Assembly: GCF_048403405.1 (NCBI RefSeq)
Contig: NZ_CP183129.1
DNA length: 64,000 nt
From: Escherichia coli
GTDB lineage: Bacteria > Pseudomonadota > Gammaproteobacteria > Enterobacterales > Enterobacteriaceae
Strand: one strand, 5' to 3'
The notes below the pieces were generated by a model. It did not search any database, had not been told where the DNA came from, and saw only the letters and a program-made list of their open reading frames with translations. Shown here one piece after another: positions 48,320 to 61,011 of the stretch; positions within the stretch are counted from its first letter, which is position 1, and each line of letters opens with the position of its first letter. A program made the translations under genes and the position numbers.

Positions 48320-49456
48320 ATGGATTTACTGATTATTTTAACCTATGTGGCTTTCGCATGGGCAATGTTTAAGATCTTCAAAATTCCTGTAAATAAATGG
48401 ACCATTCCCACAGCGGCCCTGGGTGGCATATTTATTGTCAGCGGTTTAATTCTGTTAATGAACTATAACCATCCGTATACCTTTAAAGCGCAAAAAGCGG
48501 TTATTTCTATTCCTGTTGTCCCACAGGTGACAGGCGTGGTGATCGAAGTGACGGACAAGAAAAATACGCTGATTAAAAAAGGTGAGGTGCTATTTCGACT
48601 GGACCCGACGCGTTATCAGGCGCGGGTGGATCGGCTGATGGCGGATATCGTTACCGCAGAACATAAACAGCGGGCGTTGGGCGCAGAGTTAGATGAGATG
48701 GCGGCGAATACTCAGCAGGCAAAGGCCACGCGGGATAAATTCGCTAAAGAGTATCAGCGTTACGCACGCGGCAGTCAGGCGAAAGTAAACCCGTTTTCAG
48801 AACGTGATATCGATGTGGCGCGGCAAAATTATCTGGCACAGGAAGCCTCCGTAAAATCAGCGGCGGCGGAACAAAAACAGATCCTGAGCCAGCTGGATAG
48901 CCTGGTGTTGGGTGAACATTCTCAAATCGCCAGCCTGAAAGCACAGCTCGCGGAAGCAAAATATAACCTTGAGCAGACGATAGTGCGTGCGCCGAGCGAT
49001 GGTTATGTGACCCAGGTACTGATTCGTCCGGGTACCTATGCCGCGTCGCTGCCGCTACGTCCGGTGATGGTGTTTATACCCGATCAGAAACGACAAATCG
49101 TGGCGCAGTTCCGTCAGAACTCCTTGCTGCGACTGGCTCCTGGCGACGATGCGGAAGTGGTGTTTAATGCTCTGCCAGGTAAGGTATTCAGCGGTAAGCT
49201 GGCAGCCATTAGTCCAGCCGTTCCCGGCGGAGCTTATCAGTCGACCGGCACCTTACAGACGTTAAACACAGCGCCGGGTTCAGATGGCGTTATCGCGACC
49301 ATTGAACTGGATGAGCATACTGATTTGAGCGCATTACCAGACGGTATTTACGCCCAGGTGGCGGTCTACTCTGATCATTTCAGCCATGTCTCGGTGATGC
49401 GCAAAGTACTGTTACGCATGACCAGCTGGGTGCATTACCTTTATCTCGATCATTAA
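48320..49456 (+). CDS. yiaV: HlyD-family membrane-fusion-like protein
   Basis: 378 aa; collinear paralogue of yibH with identical N- and C-terminal stretches. Confidence 0.85.
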   Translation: MDLLIILTYVAFAWAMFKIFKIPVNKWTIPTAALGGIFIVSGLILLMNYNHPYTFKAQKAVISIPVVPQVTGVVIEVTDKKNTLIKKGEVLFRLDPTRYQARVDRLMADIVTAEHKQRALGAELDEMAANTQQAKATRDKFAKEYQRYARGSQAKVNPFSERDIDVARQNYLAQEASVKSAAAEQKQILSQLDSLVLGEHSQIASLKAQLAEAKYNLEQTIVRAPSDGYVTQVLIRPGTYAASLPLRPVMVFIPDQKRQIVAQFRQNSLLRLAPGDDAEVVFNALPGKVFSGKLAAISPAVPGGAYQSTGTLQTLNTAPGSDGVIATIELDEHTDLSALPDGIYAQVAVYSDHFSHVSVMRKVLLRMTSWVHYLYLDH

Positions 49457-50427
49457 TCTTCGCTTTCCGCCGTTTGTTCAGGCCGCAGTTGCTGCGACTG
49501 AGCAAGCTGGTGGCGAATTTCACGCAGCATTTCATCCAGCACATACTGGACCCGCCAGGGCTGGTATTCCCGTTTACGGAAGATAGCCACCAGATCCAGC
49601 CACCATTCATACGGGTGCTGAAAGCAGGGCACCAGCGTGCCGTCTTGCAGGTCGCTCTGCACACTTTTGTCTGGCGCAAACACAATCCCCAGGTGATTTC
49701 GTGCCAGCTCCAGCGCAGATTGCGTGTTGTCGCAAACGTAATTTCCCTTCACGCGATAATCCCGCACCTCTTTACTCCCGGCGACGTTGAAGCGCCAGAT
49801 ATTCGCGTCGTCGATCATCATCGAGTCGATCAAAATACAGGAGCGATGTTCGAGTTCGTCAGGACGGCTAATGGGATGTTTCTCAAGATAGCGCTGGCTG
49901 GCATAAGCGGTTACGGCATATTGGGTAATAAAACTGGCAACCAGCGATTCATCTTTTGGTTGGGCGTAGCTGATTAAAACATCACAATCATCGGGAAATT
50001 CGACGCCTTCATAAAAGGCATTACGCTCAAGATTGCAGGTTTTTAGCGATAAGGTGATATCACCGATATCTTTAATTTTATCGATTACATGTTTGGATAA
50101 ATAGGTAATTATGCCGGTTGGTGCATAGATAGTGACCCGACCACGTTTCTCATGCTTATAATCTGCAATAAAATTATTAAGCTGCTCGTTTCTGTCCAGC
50201 ATGTCGTTGATGTACGGTAACAGCACGGTGCCAAAAGGTGTGAGCATCAGCTGTCGGGTGGTTCGGTCAAAGACTTTTAAACCCACTTTTGATTCAAAAT
50301 CAGCAAGATATTTGCTGACGTTGGCCTGTGCGATGCCAAGTACAGTCGCGGCATGGCTGATATTTTCACTGGCAGCGATTACCGAGATAATTTTTAACTC
50401 CCGGTACTTAAGTTGTAATTTTGTCAT
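49453..50427 (-). CDS. yiaU: LysR-family transcriptional regulator
   Basis: 324 aa; N-terminal HTH plus LysR substrate-binding domain. Confidence 0.85.
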   Translation of the reverse strand: MTKLQLKYRELKIISVIAASENISHAATVLGIAQANVSKYLADFESKVGLKVFDRTTRQLMLTPFGTVLLPYINDMLDRNEQLNNFIADYKHEKRGRVTIYAPTGIITYLSKHVIDKIKDIGDITLSLKTCNLERNAFYEGVEFPDDCDVLISYAQPKDESLVASFITQYAVTAYASQRYLEKHPISRPDELEHRSCILIDSMMIDDANIWRFNVAGSKEVRDYRVKGNYVCDNTQSALELARNHLGIVFAPDKSVQSDLQDGTLVPCFQHPYEWWLDLVAIFRKREYQPWRVQYVLDEMLREIRHQLAQSQQLRPEQTAESED

Positions 50428-50550
50428 CGCAACAGCCCAATTATATATAATTTTATATATTACTATATAAATATGAATCTTGCACCGGATAAATTGTAAG
50501 CATTACTATGCCGACTCTTTTTTATCTTATTTTAAAATGGAATACCGGAC

Positions 50551-51291
50551 ATGTTAATTAACCGCAATATTGTGGCGTTATTTGCGTTGCCTTTTATGGC
50601 AAGCGCAACTGCTTCTGAATTATCCATTGGTGCTGGTGCGGCTTATAATGAATCGCCTTATCGCGGTTATAATGAAAATACAAAGGCAATTCCGCTGATT
50701 AGTTATGAAGGTGATACTTTTTATGTTCGTCAGACCACGTTAGGTTTTATTCTGTCGCAAAGTGAAAAAAATGAACTTAGCCTGACCGCATCCTGGATGC
50801 CGCTGGAATTTGACCCTGCCGATAATGACGATTATGCCATGCAACAGCTTGATAAGCGTGATAGTACGGCTATGGCGGGGGTTGCCTGGTATCACCACGA
50901 GCGTTGGGGAACCGTGAAAGCCTCTGCGGCTGCGGACGTTCTGGATAACAGCAACGGCTGGGTGGGGGAGCTATCGGTATTCCACAAAATGCAGATAGGT
51001 CGCCTGTCGCTGACACCTGCGCTGGGCGTTCTCTATTATGACGAGAATTTCAGTGACTATTACTATGGCATTTCAGAGAGTGAGTCCCGTCGTAGCGGTC
51101 TGGCAAGTTATTCCGCGCAGGATGCCTGGGTGCCCTATGTCAGCCTGACGGCAAAATACCCGATAGGAGAGCACGTCGTATTGATGGCGAGCGCAGGATA
51201 CAGCGAGCTGCCGGAAGAGATTACCGACAGCCCGATGGTTGATCGTAATGAGAGTTTTACCTTTGTCACTGGCGTGAGCTGGCGTTTTTAA
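50551..51291 (+). CDS. yiaT: Outer-membrane protein, MipA/OmpV family
   Basis: 246 aa; signal peptide; beta-strand-rich with aromatic C-terminal end ...VSWRF. Confidence 0.8.
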   Translation: MLINRNIVALFALPFMASATASELSIGAGAAYNESPYRGYNENTKAIPLISYEGDTFYVRQTTLGFILSQSEKNELSLTASWMPLEFDPADNDDYAMQQLDKRDSTAMAGVAWYHHERWGTVKASAAADVLDNSNGWVGELSVFHKMQIGRLSLTPALGVLYYDENFSDYYYGISESESRRSGLASYSAQDAWVPYVSLTAKYPIGEHVVLMASAGYSELPEEITDSPMVDRNESFTFVTGVSWRF

Positions 51292-51339
51292 TTCACCGGT
51301 GGATGTCGGTGCGGCTGGCCTACGCTCTCGCACCGACTT

Positions 51340-52116
<777 letters not shown>

Positions 52117-52220
52117 ATCAGCATACTTGTCCTTAGCCTTCTGCAGTGACAGCTGGTAGTACAGCGTGCTTCTGGCCAGCCCTGCAGCCTTTAACAGGTC
52201 AGACTGGCAGTGTCCGCACC

Positions 52221-52751
52221 TCAGGCTCCGGATGACTTTCGTTTTTTCTCCAGCTCCTGGCGCTTTTTTTCCAGGAGATGCTCCTGCATGGCTTTCAGAT
52301 ATGCATTTTCTGCGCGAAGATAACGCAGCTCATTCTTCATCTCTTCCGGCGTCATGTTTGCTTCGTTTTCATGGGTATCATCAGAACGGGTCATGCTTTT
52401 CTCCTTCCTGCGCCTGATAAAGGCCTCATTACCAGATTTGCGGTAGCCTTTTATCCAGTTTTTAACCGTGTTGTGGCTGGGAATGTTAAACCGGGCAGCT
52501 ACCCGGGGTAGAGACTCAGAATGCCCGAGAGCATAAAGAACCACGCAAAGTTTATCTTCAGGAGAATAGCTACGCCTGTGTCTGCAATCCAGTGCCCGAG
52601 GACCGTGAAGAAGAAAAAGATTAATCCAGTGTGAGAGGCTGGTGTGAGAAAGTTGAAAGAGTTTTGCCGTAGAAATGATGCCTGCATGACCGGCCAGGTA
52701 ATGATTTACAGCGGCAATTTTTACTTCAAATGAATGTTTCATAAACTGCAC
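52221..52751 (-). CDS. IS transposase OrfA, copy B
   Basis: Identical 176-aa product to copy A. Confidence 0.85.
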   Translation of the reverse strand: MQFMKHSFEVKIAAVNHYLAGHAGIISTAKLFQLSHTSLSHWINLFLLHGPRALDCRHRRSYSPEDKLCVVLYALGHSESLPRVAARFNIPSHNTVKNWIKGYRKSGNEAFIRRRKEKSMTRSDDTHENEANMTPEEMKNELRYLRAENAYLKAMQEHLLEKKRQELEKKRKSSGA

Positions 52752-52793
52752 CTTCAGATGTCAGATTATGTCCAACATTTGGGGTGCAGTTCA

Positions 52794-52865
52794 GTTAAGC
52801 GTCGCATCAGGCAATGTGCACCCTACGGTGGATGCGGCGCGAGTGCCTTATCCAACCTACGGATG
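52794..52865. repeat. REP/BIME palindromic units flanking IS copy B
   Basis: AGCGTCGCATCAGGC ... GGATGCGGCGCGAGTGCCTTATCCAACCTACGG; overlaps the 3' end of the glycoside hydrolase gene. Confidence 0.7.
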
Positions 52866-54827
52866 GCAATGCTTTTCCTCATTCACCCAGATCCGCATTT
52901 CGCCTTCACCCCGGTTGGCCCAGCTAAACCACGGGATAAACGTTAGAGTTTGCGGCTGGCGTTTGGCTGGCGCGCTGTCGTAATGCCACAGCGGTTGCTG
53001 CTCTGGATTGCTCTGTTCATACCGGTAACCCGGAGCCTGGATTAAGATCTTATGGCGGAACAATCCCTTGCCTTCAAATGTCGTAAATGGCGCATCGGCG
53101 GGCAGCCACAGGTTATGCAGTGACTCGCCGTTGTCGGCCTGTTCCAGGCAATACACCAGCGGGCCGCGCTGAATCGCCACTTTTCCGGCGACGTGACGCA
53201 CCTGAGGGTTACCGTAAACGCGGCGTACCGGCATCGGCAAAGTCAGATTCAGCGTATCGCCCTCCTGCCATTCGCGGGTAATGTGCAAATACCCTTTACG
53301 AATATCCTGCCCGACCTCTTCCCCATTCAATATGATCTGCGGCTGTGTGCACCAGTCCGGCAGACGTAAAGCCAGCGTATGACGCACCGGCTGGGGCGAT
53401 TCAACCGCAATCGTCACCTGCTCCTGCCACGGATAGTTTCCGCTAACCCGCAGACGCAGCGTGCCATTTTCTACCGGCACTTCCATGCTGTTTCCTGCGT
53501 AGATGTTGATATACAACGCATCTTCACGCGGCGTGTAGAGATAATGACCAATCGAGGTTAGCACGCGGGCGATATTTGGCGGACAACAAGCGCAACCAAA
53601 CCAACGCTGGCGGATCGGCTTAACGTGATCGTAGATATGGTTGAATTTTAACGTTTTTGGATGCACTTCCAGCGGATTCACATAGAAGAAATGTTTGCCA
53701 TCCAGCGCCATGCCGCCGAGCACGGTGTTGTACAGTGCGCGCTCCATCACATCGGCATATTGACTGTCGCCTTCCATTTCCAGCATTCGCCGGGCGAACA
53801 TCATCAGGCCGATGGAAGCACAGCTTTCGGCGTATACCGTGTCATTCGGCAGATCGTAATCGCTGCTGAACGCTTCGCCGCTGCTTTGTGAGCCAATGCC
53901 GCCGGTAATATATAACTGACGCTGGGCCATATTGTTCCACAGCCGCAGGCAATCCTGACGCTTGCTTTCATCGTGACTTAAACGCGCCAGATGTGCGACG
54001 CCAGTCATCAGATATACAAAGCGTACTGCATGTCCGATGGCGGTTTGTTGCTGTGCGATGGGTAAATGCGCCTGGCTGTAGGCTTTATCTTTCACCATCC
54101 ACGCCGGGCCGTAGGTGTGCCAGTGCGAGGTCTGCCCGCGCTTTTCATATTCCTGGTCGTAATAGTGCGGTTGCGCACCACGCTGTTCGACAAAATAGTT
54201 CGCCAGCGCCAGGTAGCGCGGCTCTTCGGTCACTTCATACAGGCGCATTAGTGCCAGTTCAATTTCCGGGTGACCAGGATAACCGTGTAACTTACTTTCA
54301 CCTGGACCAAATACGCTGTCGATATGATCGGCCAGACGGCAAACCACTTCCAGCAAGCGCCGCTTGCCCGTGGCCTGGAAGAAGGCGACTCCGGCTTCAA
54401 TCAGATGACCGGCGCAGTAAAGTTCATGACACTCCGCCAGATTGCTCCAGCGTTCTTCGGGCGCTTTTACCGTAAAGTAAGTATTGAGATAGCCATCTTC
54501 GCACTGGGCGGAAGCGACCAGTTCGATTACCTCGTCAGCAGTTTTTTCCAGTTCGGCATCCGGCTTCTGGCACAGCGACCAGGCTACCGCTTCCAGCCAT
54601 TTGGCGACGTCGCTGTCCTGAAACACCATCCCGTAAAATTCACCGTCTTGCAGTCCTGCGGCAATGCGAAAGTTTTCAATCGCATGGCTGGGTTCCGCTT
54701 CTGGGATACGATCGTTCAAGGCATCCCACTGATAAGGAATCACCACGTCGCGGACCAGTTGTTGGTACTGACCGAGGAACGGATCGCTGACCGTCAGTTT
54801 ATGCAGATCGACTTCCGAAATGTTCAT
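52857..54827 (-). CDS. Glycoside hydrolase family 127 (DUF1680, beta-L-arabinofuranosidase-like)
   Basis: Start trimmed to MNISEVDLHKL (656 aa) with GGAG RBS 10 bp after the transporter stop; conserved Cys-rich segment WFGCACCPPN of the family as I recall it. Confidence 0.7.
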   Translation of the reverse strand: MNISEVDLHKLTVSDPFLGQYQQLVRDVVIPYQWDALNDRIPEAEPSHAIENFRIAAGLQDGEFYGMVFQDSDVAKWLEAVAWSLCQKPDAELEKTADEVIELVASAQCEDGYLNTYFTVKAPEERWSNLAECHELYCAGHLIEAGVAFFQATGKRRLLEVVCRLADHIDSVFGPGESKLHGYPGHPEIELALMRLYEVTEEPRYLALANYFVEQRGAQPHYYDQEYEKRGQTSHWHTYGPAWMVKDKAYSQAHLPIAQQQTAIGHAVRFVYLMTGVAHLARLSHDESKRQDCLRLWNNMAQRQLYITGGIGSQSSGEAFSSDYDLPNDTVYAESCASIGLMMFARRMLEMEGDSQYADVMERALYNTVLGGMALDGKHFFYVNPLEVHPKTLKFNHIYDHVKPIRQRWFGCACCPPNIARVLTSIGHYLYTPREDALYINIYAGNSMEVPVENGTLRLRVSGNYPWQEQVTIAVESPQPVRHTLALRLPDWCTQPQIILNGEEVGQDIRKGYLHITREWQEGDTLNLTLPMPVRRVYGNPQVRHVAGKVAIQRGPLVYCLEQADNGESLHNLWLPADAPFTTFEGKGLFRHKILIQAPGYRYEQSNPEQQPLWHYDSAPAKRQPQTLTFIPWFSWANRGEGEMRIWVNEEKHCHP

Positions 54828-54837
54828 CTTGTGCTCC

Positions 54838-56238
54838 TTAAGGCTGTACATGACGCTGACGCAGGTCGCTAGCAATGCGTGACATCATAGGGTTATTGAG
54901 TTTGCAAAAGCGGATCGCCCCTGCCAGCAGCAGGTGGAATAGCGCAGGCAGCAATGTTTCCATCGCCGTGATCCCGCCAAGCGAACTGGTGGTCTGGTTT
55001 TCCACGCCTGGCTGGTAGGCGACAAAAATAAACAGCAGGCTGATGATCCCGGCGCTGGAGGCCCAGGCCAGCTTGATGAAAAACAGATTGAAGGCGAAGT
55101 TCATGCCGGAAGAACGTACGCGGGTTTTCCACTCGCCGTAGTCATCGGCAAAGGCCATCAATGAGAAGTGCAGTGGCAATGTGAAGCCAAGAATCACGCC
55201 ATTACCGAGGATCACCGCCAGCCACAGCGTTTGATAAGCCGGGCCGGAGGGCAGGAACCACATCAACACCGCCAGCGCAGCGAGGAGCAGGTTGGTGTAG
55301 TAATAAATTTTGACGGTATCGAAACGCCGCGTTAACGGGCTGACAATCACCGAGCCGATAATGGAGGCGAAGGTGACCATGGTGAAGAACAGCGACGTGT
55401 AGCCCGTACTGCCTTGTAAGACGTAGGTAATGAAGTACATATACCCACCGCCGCGAATGTTAAAGACGTTAATCAGCAGGAAAGACATGACCAGCATCAG
55501 CAGTAGTTGGTCGTTGTTTCGCAGCCCGGCAAGATGTTCGCGCAGGGTAAATTTCCCCATTGTGGAGAGTGGCACCCGTTCACGAACCCAGAAGAAACAG
55601 CACAGGAACATCACCACAGCGATGGCGCACAGCACGCCGACGCCCAGTTGATAGCCGCGCGCGGCATTACCCTGACCGAAGAGATCTACCATCCACGGTA
55701 AGCCTACCGAAACCAGAAATCCCGCTACGCCGCAGAGAACGAATCGCCAGGACTGGCAGGAGATCACTTCATTGTGGCGGGTGGTCATGGTGTTGATCAG
55801 CGCGCAGTACGGCACGTTGATGGCGGTATAACCGACTGAAAGGAGCAGGTAAGTGCCGAACGCCCAGGCGATTTTTACTCCCATGCTGGCATCTGGCACG
55901 GTGAACGTCAGGATGCCGATAATGCCGATGGGAATGGCAATCCATAACTGCCACGGACGAAAGCGCCCCCAGCGACTTTGCGTCCGGTCGGCAATGACGC
56001 CCATCACCGGGTCGGAGATGGCATCAAACACGCGCAGTGCAATAAACAGCGTGCCGACCAGCGCCGGAGTTAAGCCAAAAACGTCGGTGTAGAAAAAGGT
56101 GAGAAAGTTCATGATCAGGCAAGTTATTACGGTGCCGCCTGCGTCACCCAGGCCGTAGCCTATTTTTTCCCGTACAGATAACGCATCGTCAATTTTACCT
56201 TTAGCGATATCAGCGGCAGTAATCGGTGTAGAGGTCAT
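54838..56238 (-). CDS. GPH-family glycoside/pentoside/hexuronide:cation symporter
   Basis: 466 aa; 12-TM MFS-like protein with MelB/YicJ-type N-terminal motif; immediately upstream of the hydrolase gene. Confidence 0.8.
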   Translation of the reverse strand: MTSTPITAADIAKGKIDDALSVREKIGYGLGDAGGTVITCLIMNFLTFFYTDVFGLTPALVGTLFIALRVFDAISDPVMGVIADRTQSRWGRFRPWQLWIAIPIGIIGILTFTVPDASMGVKIAWAFGTYLLLSVGYTAINVPYCALINTMTTRHNEVISCQSWRFVLCGVAGFLVSVGLPWMVDLFGQGNAARGYQLGVGVLCAIAVVMFLCCFFWVRERVPLSTMGKFTLREHLAGLRNNDQLLLMLVMSFLLINVFNIRGGGYMYFITYVLQGSTGYTSLFFTMVTFASIIGSVIVSPLTRRFDTVKIYYYTNLLLAALAVLMWFLPSGPAYQTLWLAVILGNGVILGFTLPLHFSLMAFADDYGEWKTRVRSSGMNFAFNLFFIKLAWASSAGIISLLFIFVAYQPGVENQTTSSLGGITAMETLLPALFHLLLAGAIRFCKLNNPMMSRIASDLRQRHVQP

Positions 56239-56463
56239 AGATATTCCTCGTGAATAGGGAGCAATTTTTAGTTTTATTGCAATGACCTGATTAATTCTGC
56301 CGTGAACGGGAATATCAACAAGGCGAGAAAAGAGTAAAAAAAGGTGACGATTCCGACCTGAATTTAAAAGTGTGAAATGGATCAGGTGAATTTAATGTTT
56401 TTGATTAATAATCAAAAGGTAATGTGTTTAATCATTAATGAATAAGCGGGAAATTACATATCA

Positions 56464-57279
56464 ATGCTCGAATTATCCATGACGTTACCGATTAAAGTGC
56501 AAAATGGTGGATTATTTATTTCCCGTGGCGTAGGGAGGCATCCGGCAAGGCGGCTGGAGTCATGGGAAATTATCTTTGTCGAAAAAGGTCGATTAACGAT
56601 TCAGGAAGAAGAGCGGATATTTCTGGTCGATGCGGGAGAGAGTTTATTACTCTGGCCGAACCGACAGCATGTTGGGGTAGAGGATTTTCCCGCCGATCTC
56701 AAATTTTACTGGCTGCATTTTGAGGTTAAAGCGCCGGATAGCGACCCGCGCTGGCTCACTCATCTTAGCGTGCCGCAACAAACGAAGGTTGCCGATCCGC
56801 AGGCGCTGGTGGCCCTGTTTCGCCAGTTCTTAAGCGAACAGGAAAAGCATCAACGCACTCCGGCGCTGGAGTTTATTGTGCTGCTGATTTTGCAGCAGCT
56901 CACCCGTGACGCGCGTCTTGATGAACAGGCCGATGCCGCAGGTACCACGCTTGCCTGGAAAGCGCAGAAACTGATCCGCACGCAATATCATCGCCCGCTT
57001 TCTACGGCGCTTTTAGCCCGCGAGCTGTACTGCAATGCCGATTATCTTGGGCGTGTCTATCGGCGGGTGTTTCATCTGACGTTAACAGAAGCAATTCATC
57101 GCCAGCGAGTGCGCGAAGCCGAAAAGCTGTTAATTAGCGAAGCGCGATCGCTCACTGAAGTGGCGGCGTTGTGCGGGTTTAATGACGTTGGCTATTTCCG
57201 GCAGATTTTTCGCAAACACACCGGTTTAACGCCAGCTGCGTGGAAGCGACGTTACAGCAAGGAACATATCAATTCGTAG
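56464..57279 (+). CDS. AraC/XylS-family transcriptional regulator
   Basis: 271 aa; cupin-like N-terminal domain, C-terminal dual HTH; divergent from the transporter-hydrolase pair. Confidence 0.8.
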   Translation: MLELSMTLPIKVQNGGLFISRGVGRHPARRLESWEIIFVEKGRLTIQEEERIFLVDAGESLLLWPNRQHVGVEDFPADLKFYWLHFEVKAPDSDPRWLTHLSVPQQTKVADPQALVALFRQFLSEQEKHQRTPALEFIVLLILQQLTRDARLDEQADAAGTTLAWKAQKLIRTQYHRPLSTALLARELYCNADYLGRVYRRVFHLTLTEAIHRQRVREAEKLLISEARSLTEVAALCGFNDVGYFRQIFRKHTGLTPAAWKRRYSKEHINS

Positions 57280-57280
57280 T

Positions 57281-57302
57281 GCCGGGGCAATGAAGCCCCG
57301 GC
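57281..57302. terminator. GC-rich hairpin between convergent AraC-like gene and sgbE
   Basis: GCCGGGGC-AATGAA-GCCCCGGC fills the 31-bp gap; no T-run, so factor-independent termination is uncertain. Confidence 0.5.
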
Positions 57303-57310
57303 GTGAGGGA

Positions 57311-58006
57311 TTACTGCCCGTAATAGGCATTGGCCCCATGCTTACGCAGGTAGTGCTTATCCAGCAGTTCGTTTTGCATCGCAGGGAGCTGCGGCGCAAG
57401 CTGGCGCGAGAACAGGCCCATATAGGCGCACTCTTCCAGCACTACGGCATTATGCACCGCATCGGCGGCATTTTTTCCCCAGGCGAACGGGCCGTGAGAA
57501 TGCACCAGCACCGCCGGGATTTGTGCCGGACTCCTGCCGCGTTCTTCGAAAGTTTCAATGATCACTTCGCCGGTCTGATATTCATATTCGCCGTTAATCT
57601 CCTCTGCGGTCATCTGTCGCGTGCAGGGGATTGCGCCATAGAAATAATCAGCGTGCGTGGTGCCCCAGGCGGGGAGATCCAGCCCGGCCTGTGACCAGAT
57701 GGTCGCGTGGCGCGAGTGGGTATGCACAATGCCACCGATTTCGGCATAGCGACGGTAGAGCGCCAGATGCGTTGGCGTGTCGGACGAGGGCTTTTTGCTA
57801 CCTTCCACCACCTTGCCGCTGGCTATCTCAACCACCACCATATCGTCGGCGGTCATCACGTCGTACTCGACGCCGGAAGGTTTGATTACCATCCATTGCC
57901 GCGTTTCGTCTACCGCGCTGACATTGCCCCAGGTGAACGTCACCAGATGGTGAGCGGGAAGCGCCAGATTCGCCGCCAGCACGTCGGCTTTCAGTTGCTC
58001 TAACAT
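57311..58006 (-). CDS. sgbE: L-ribulose-5-phosphate 4-epimerase
   Basis: 231 aa class II aldolase/AraD family; last gene of the yiaK-sgb operon. Confidence 0.9.
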
Positions 58007-58860
58007 ATAAAACCTGCCTCCTGCATACGCGCTTCAATCCAGCGCCGCGCCTGAATAATCTCCAGCACCGGCTCTTTGGCTTTTTCGGTCCACATCTCAA
58101 TCAGGAAAGAACCGCGATAGTTCAGTTCATGCAGCGTTTTGAAGATGCCAACGAAATCGACGCAGCCTTCGCCAAACGGCACGTCGCGGAACTGTCCGGG
58201 GCTTTGCCCGGTGACTGGCAGGGTGTCTTTCAGGTGGATCGCGGCGATACGATCAATGCCCAGTTTCAGTTCGGCGGGAACATCATTGCCCCAGGCGCTG
58301 AGGTTGCCGACGTCCGGGTAGACGGTGAACCACGGCGAGGCGAGCATCTCGTCCCATTTTTTCCATTTGCTGATGGAGTTCATAAACGCGGTGTCCATAA
58401 TCTCCACCGCCAGCATTACTTGTGATGCCGCCGCCTGTTCGACCGCCCACGCCAGCCCTTCAGCAAAACGTTGCCGGGTGCCTTCGTCGTGGTCTTCGTA
58501 ATAGACGTCGTAGCCCGCCAGCTGGATGGTGCGAATGCCGAGATCGCGCGCCAGGCGAATCGCTTTACTCATGATTTCCCGCGCCCGTTCGCGCACCGCC
58601 TCGTCCCGGCTGCCAAAGGGAAAGCGACGATGTGCGGACAGGCACATTGACGGAATGGCAACACCCGTTTCGATCATCGCGGCAACCAGCGAAGTCCTTT
58701 GTGCGGCGCTCCAGTCAAGACGTGAGAGCCGTTCGTCGGTTTCATCCACCGACATTTCGACAAAATCAAAACCGCAGCTTTTTGCCAGCACCAGCCGTTC
58801 CGGCCAGGAGAGATCTTTCGCCAGCGCTTTTTCATAAATACCTAACGGATGATTACGCAC
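58000..58860 (-). CDS. sgbU: L-xylulose-5-phosphate 3-epimerase
   Basis: Start trimmed to GTG-initiated (M)[12 protein letters not shown] (286 aa); TIM-barrel sugar epimerase. Confidence 0.85.
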   Translation of the reverse strand: MRNHPLGIYEKALAKDLSWPERLVLAKSCGFDFVEMSVDETDERLSRLDWSAAQRTSLVAAMIETGVAIPSMCLSAHRRFPFGSRDEAVRERAREIMSKAIRLARDLGIRTIQLAGYDVYYEDHDEGTRQRFAEGLAWAVEQAAASQVMLAVEIMDTAFMNSISKWKKWDEMLASPWFTVYPDVGNLSAWGNDVPAELKLGIDRIAAIHLKDTLPVTGQSPGQFRDVPFGEGCVDFVGIFKTLHELNYRGSFLIEMWTEKAKEPVLEIIQARRWIEARMQEAGFIC

Positions 58861-59515
58861 GCGCGCCTCCCCAGATAGCATCAATTTGCGCATGGAAATC
58901 TGCAGCCACCTGTGCCGGATTTGCCGCGCCTGCCAGTGCTCGCCCGGCAATAAACGCTTTCACGCGGATATCTTTAAACAGCGGCAGGTCAGCAGGGGTA
59001 ATCCCGCCGGTAATGGAAAGCTCAAGGCCGATATCGGAAAGTGCCTTCATGCGTGCCAGATCGGCTTCGCCCCACTGTTGCCCGCTGGCCTGTGCATCAC
59101 GACCACGATGATAAATGGCCTGCCGCACGCCAATACGATGCCAGTCGCAGGCGTCGTCCAGCGTCCAGTTACCGAACAGCTCGATCTGAATTTCACCACC
59201 GCAGCGTTGCGCCATGGCGTGGCCTTTTTCCACCGTCGCGAGCGGCGCGGCGCAGATGATGGTCATCCAGTTGGCACCCGCGCCAAACGCCTGTTGCGCG
59301 AGCGTTTCACCCGCGTCGGCGACCTTCCAGTCGGCAACGATGATTTTGTCCGGGCACTGTTCGCGCAAGGCTTTCACCGCGCCAAGCCCTTCGTTTAAAC
59401 AGAGAATGGTGCCCGCTTCGACGATATCGACGCTGTCTTTTAACAGCGTCACGTCGCGCTGCGCGGCTTCAAGTGATGAATGGTCGAGGGCCAGTTGCAG
59501 AAGTGGTCGGCTCAT
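58853..59515 (-). CDS. sgbH: 3-keto-L-gulonate-6-phosphate decarboxylase
   Basis: 220 aa OMP-decarboxylase-like. Confidence 0.9.
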   Translation of the reverse strand: MSRPLLQLALDHSSLEAAQRDVTLLKDSVDIVEAGTILCLNEGLGAVKALREQCPDKIIVADWKVADAGETLAQQAFGAGANWMTIICAAPLATVEKGHAMAQRCGGEIQIELFGNWTLDDACDWHRIGVRQAIYHRGRDAQASGQQWGEADLARMKALSDIGLELSITGGITPADLPLFKDIRVKAFIAGRALAGAANPAQVAADFHAQIDAIWGGARA

Positions 59516-61008
59516 AATGTGTGCTCCTTAACGCGGGCGTGAAAGCCCTGAAGTGCGGCAATCAGATGCTGATAGCGTTGGTATTTTTGTTGGTAAAGCT
59601 GATGGGCAGTCATATCCGGCAGCAGGGTGCGCACCGGGTGCTGTTGATCGCGCTGGGCTTCGCTGAAGTTGTGATAAACCCCGGTGCCGACGCGGGCGGC
59701 AAGCGCCGCGCCAAAACAGCCGGTTTCTTCCACCTGCGGCAGCTCGATACGCAGTCCGCTGACGTCCGCCAGCATTTGCATCCAGACATCGGAGTGCGCC
59801 GGGCCGCCAGTGACGCGCAGGGTGTGCACATCAGTAAAACGTTCGCGCATCCGGTTGAGATGGGTCATATGGCTGAACACCACGCCTTCATAAATGGCCT
59901 GCAACAGGTGCGCGCGGGTGTGAATGGCCTGCATCCCGTAGAAACCGCTGGTCATCTCGAGTCCGGCGTTGCTGCCGTACAGGAACGGCAGGAAAAAGAG
60001 ATCGCCACCGGCTTTCGGCAAGCTGGCAACGGCCTGGTTGATCTCATCAAACGAGATTTCTCCCCACTGTGCGGTAAACCATTCGAGGTTGCCGGAAGAG
60101 GTGGGGCTGGCTTCATGAACGATAAATTCACCGTCGTTAACGTAGCGACCATAGACATACGGATGCGCTTCACCGTCACGCAAACCGCAGGTTATGCCGC
60201 TGGTCACCGCCCAGGTGCCCATTACCGCATTGAGGGTAAATTCGTCTTCGATCCCGGCGCAGAGTGCGGTGGAAACCACATCAAACAGGCCGCCGACAAC
60301 GGGCGTACCCGCTTTCAGACCGGTCAGTACGGCTGTCTGAGCGGTGATCTCCCCGCAGATTTCGGCAGATCCGACAACAGGCGGCAGGGCGTGGTTGATT
60401 TCAGCGATCCCAAGCCAGTCGGTGAGGCACGGGTCATATTCCCCAAGACTCATGTTGTAGAGATTGGACTCGGAAATATTGCTCTCTTCGCAGCCTTTGA
60501 CGCCGGTTAAACACCAGCGCAGATAGTCGTGCGTCATCATTACGCAGCCAATTTGCGCGTAGCGTTCCGGTTCGTGCTCTTTCAGCCAGCGTAACAGCGA
60601 CACCGGATGCCCGGTCCACAAGGTTTGTCGGGTCAGCGGGTAGAGTTTTTCCGGGATGCCATCTTCTTGCCAGCGACGAACGATTTCCATCGCCCGGCGA
60701 TCCGAGGACAAAATGGCGTTACCGAGCGGCTTGTCGTTTTTATCCAGCAAAAACAAGCCCTTTCCCTGTGCGGAGATACCGATACCGACAATTTGTTCCC
60801 CGCTAACACCAGAATGAGTAAGCAGGGCGCGAATGACAGCCATGCAGCATTGCCACAGTTCTGCCATATCGCGCTCTGCCCAGCCTGGCTGCGGGCTTAA
60901 TGCGCACAGCGGCAGGCGCTGCACGCCTGCCTCCCGGCCTTCGCGGTCATACAGCCCGGCTTTCAGCCAGCTACCGCCACAATCTAACCCCAGCCAGTAT
61001 TGCGTCAT
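59512..61008 (-). CDS. lyxK: L-xylulose / 3-keto-L-gulonate kinase
   Basis: 498 aa FGGY-family carbohydrate kinase. Confidence 0.9.
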   Translation of the reverse strand: MTQYWLGLDCGGSWLKAGLYDREGREAGVQRLPLCALSPQPGWAERDMAELWQCCMAVIRALLTHSGVSGEQIVGIGISAQGKGLFLLDKNDKPLGNAILSSDRRAMEIVRRWQEDGIPEKLYPLTRQTLWTGHPVSLLRWLKEHEPERYAQIGCVMMTHDYLRWCLTGVKGCEESNISESNLYNMSLGEYDPCLTDWLGIAEINHALPPVVGSAEICGEITAQTAVLTGLKAGTPVVGGLFDVVSTALCAGIEDEFTLNAVMGTWAVTSGITCGLRDGEAHPYVYGRYVNDGEFIVHEASPTSSGNLEWFTAQWGEISFDEINQAVASLPKAGGDLFFLPFLYGSNAGLEMTSGFYGMQAIHTRAHLLQAIYEGVVFSHMTHLNRMRERFTDVHTLRVTGGPAHSDVWMQMLADVSGLRIELPQVEETGCFGAALAARVGTGVYHNFSEAQRDQQHPVRTLLPDMTAHQLYQQKYQRYQHLIAALQGFHARVKEHTL

Positions 61009-61011
61009 GGT

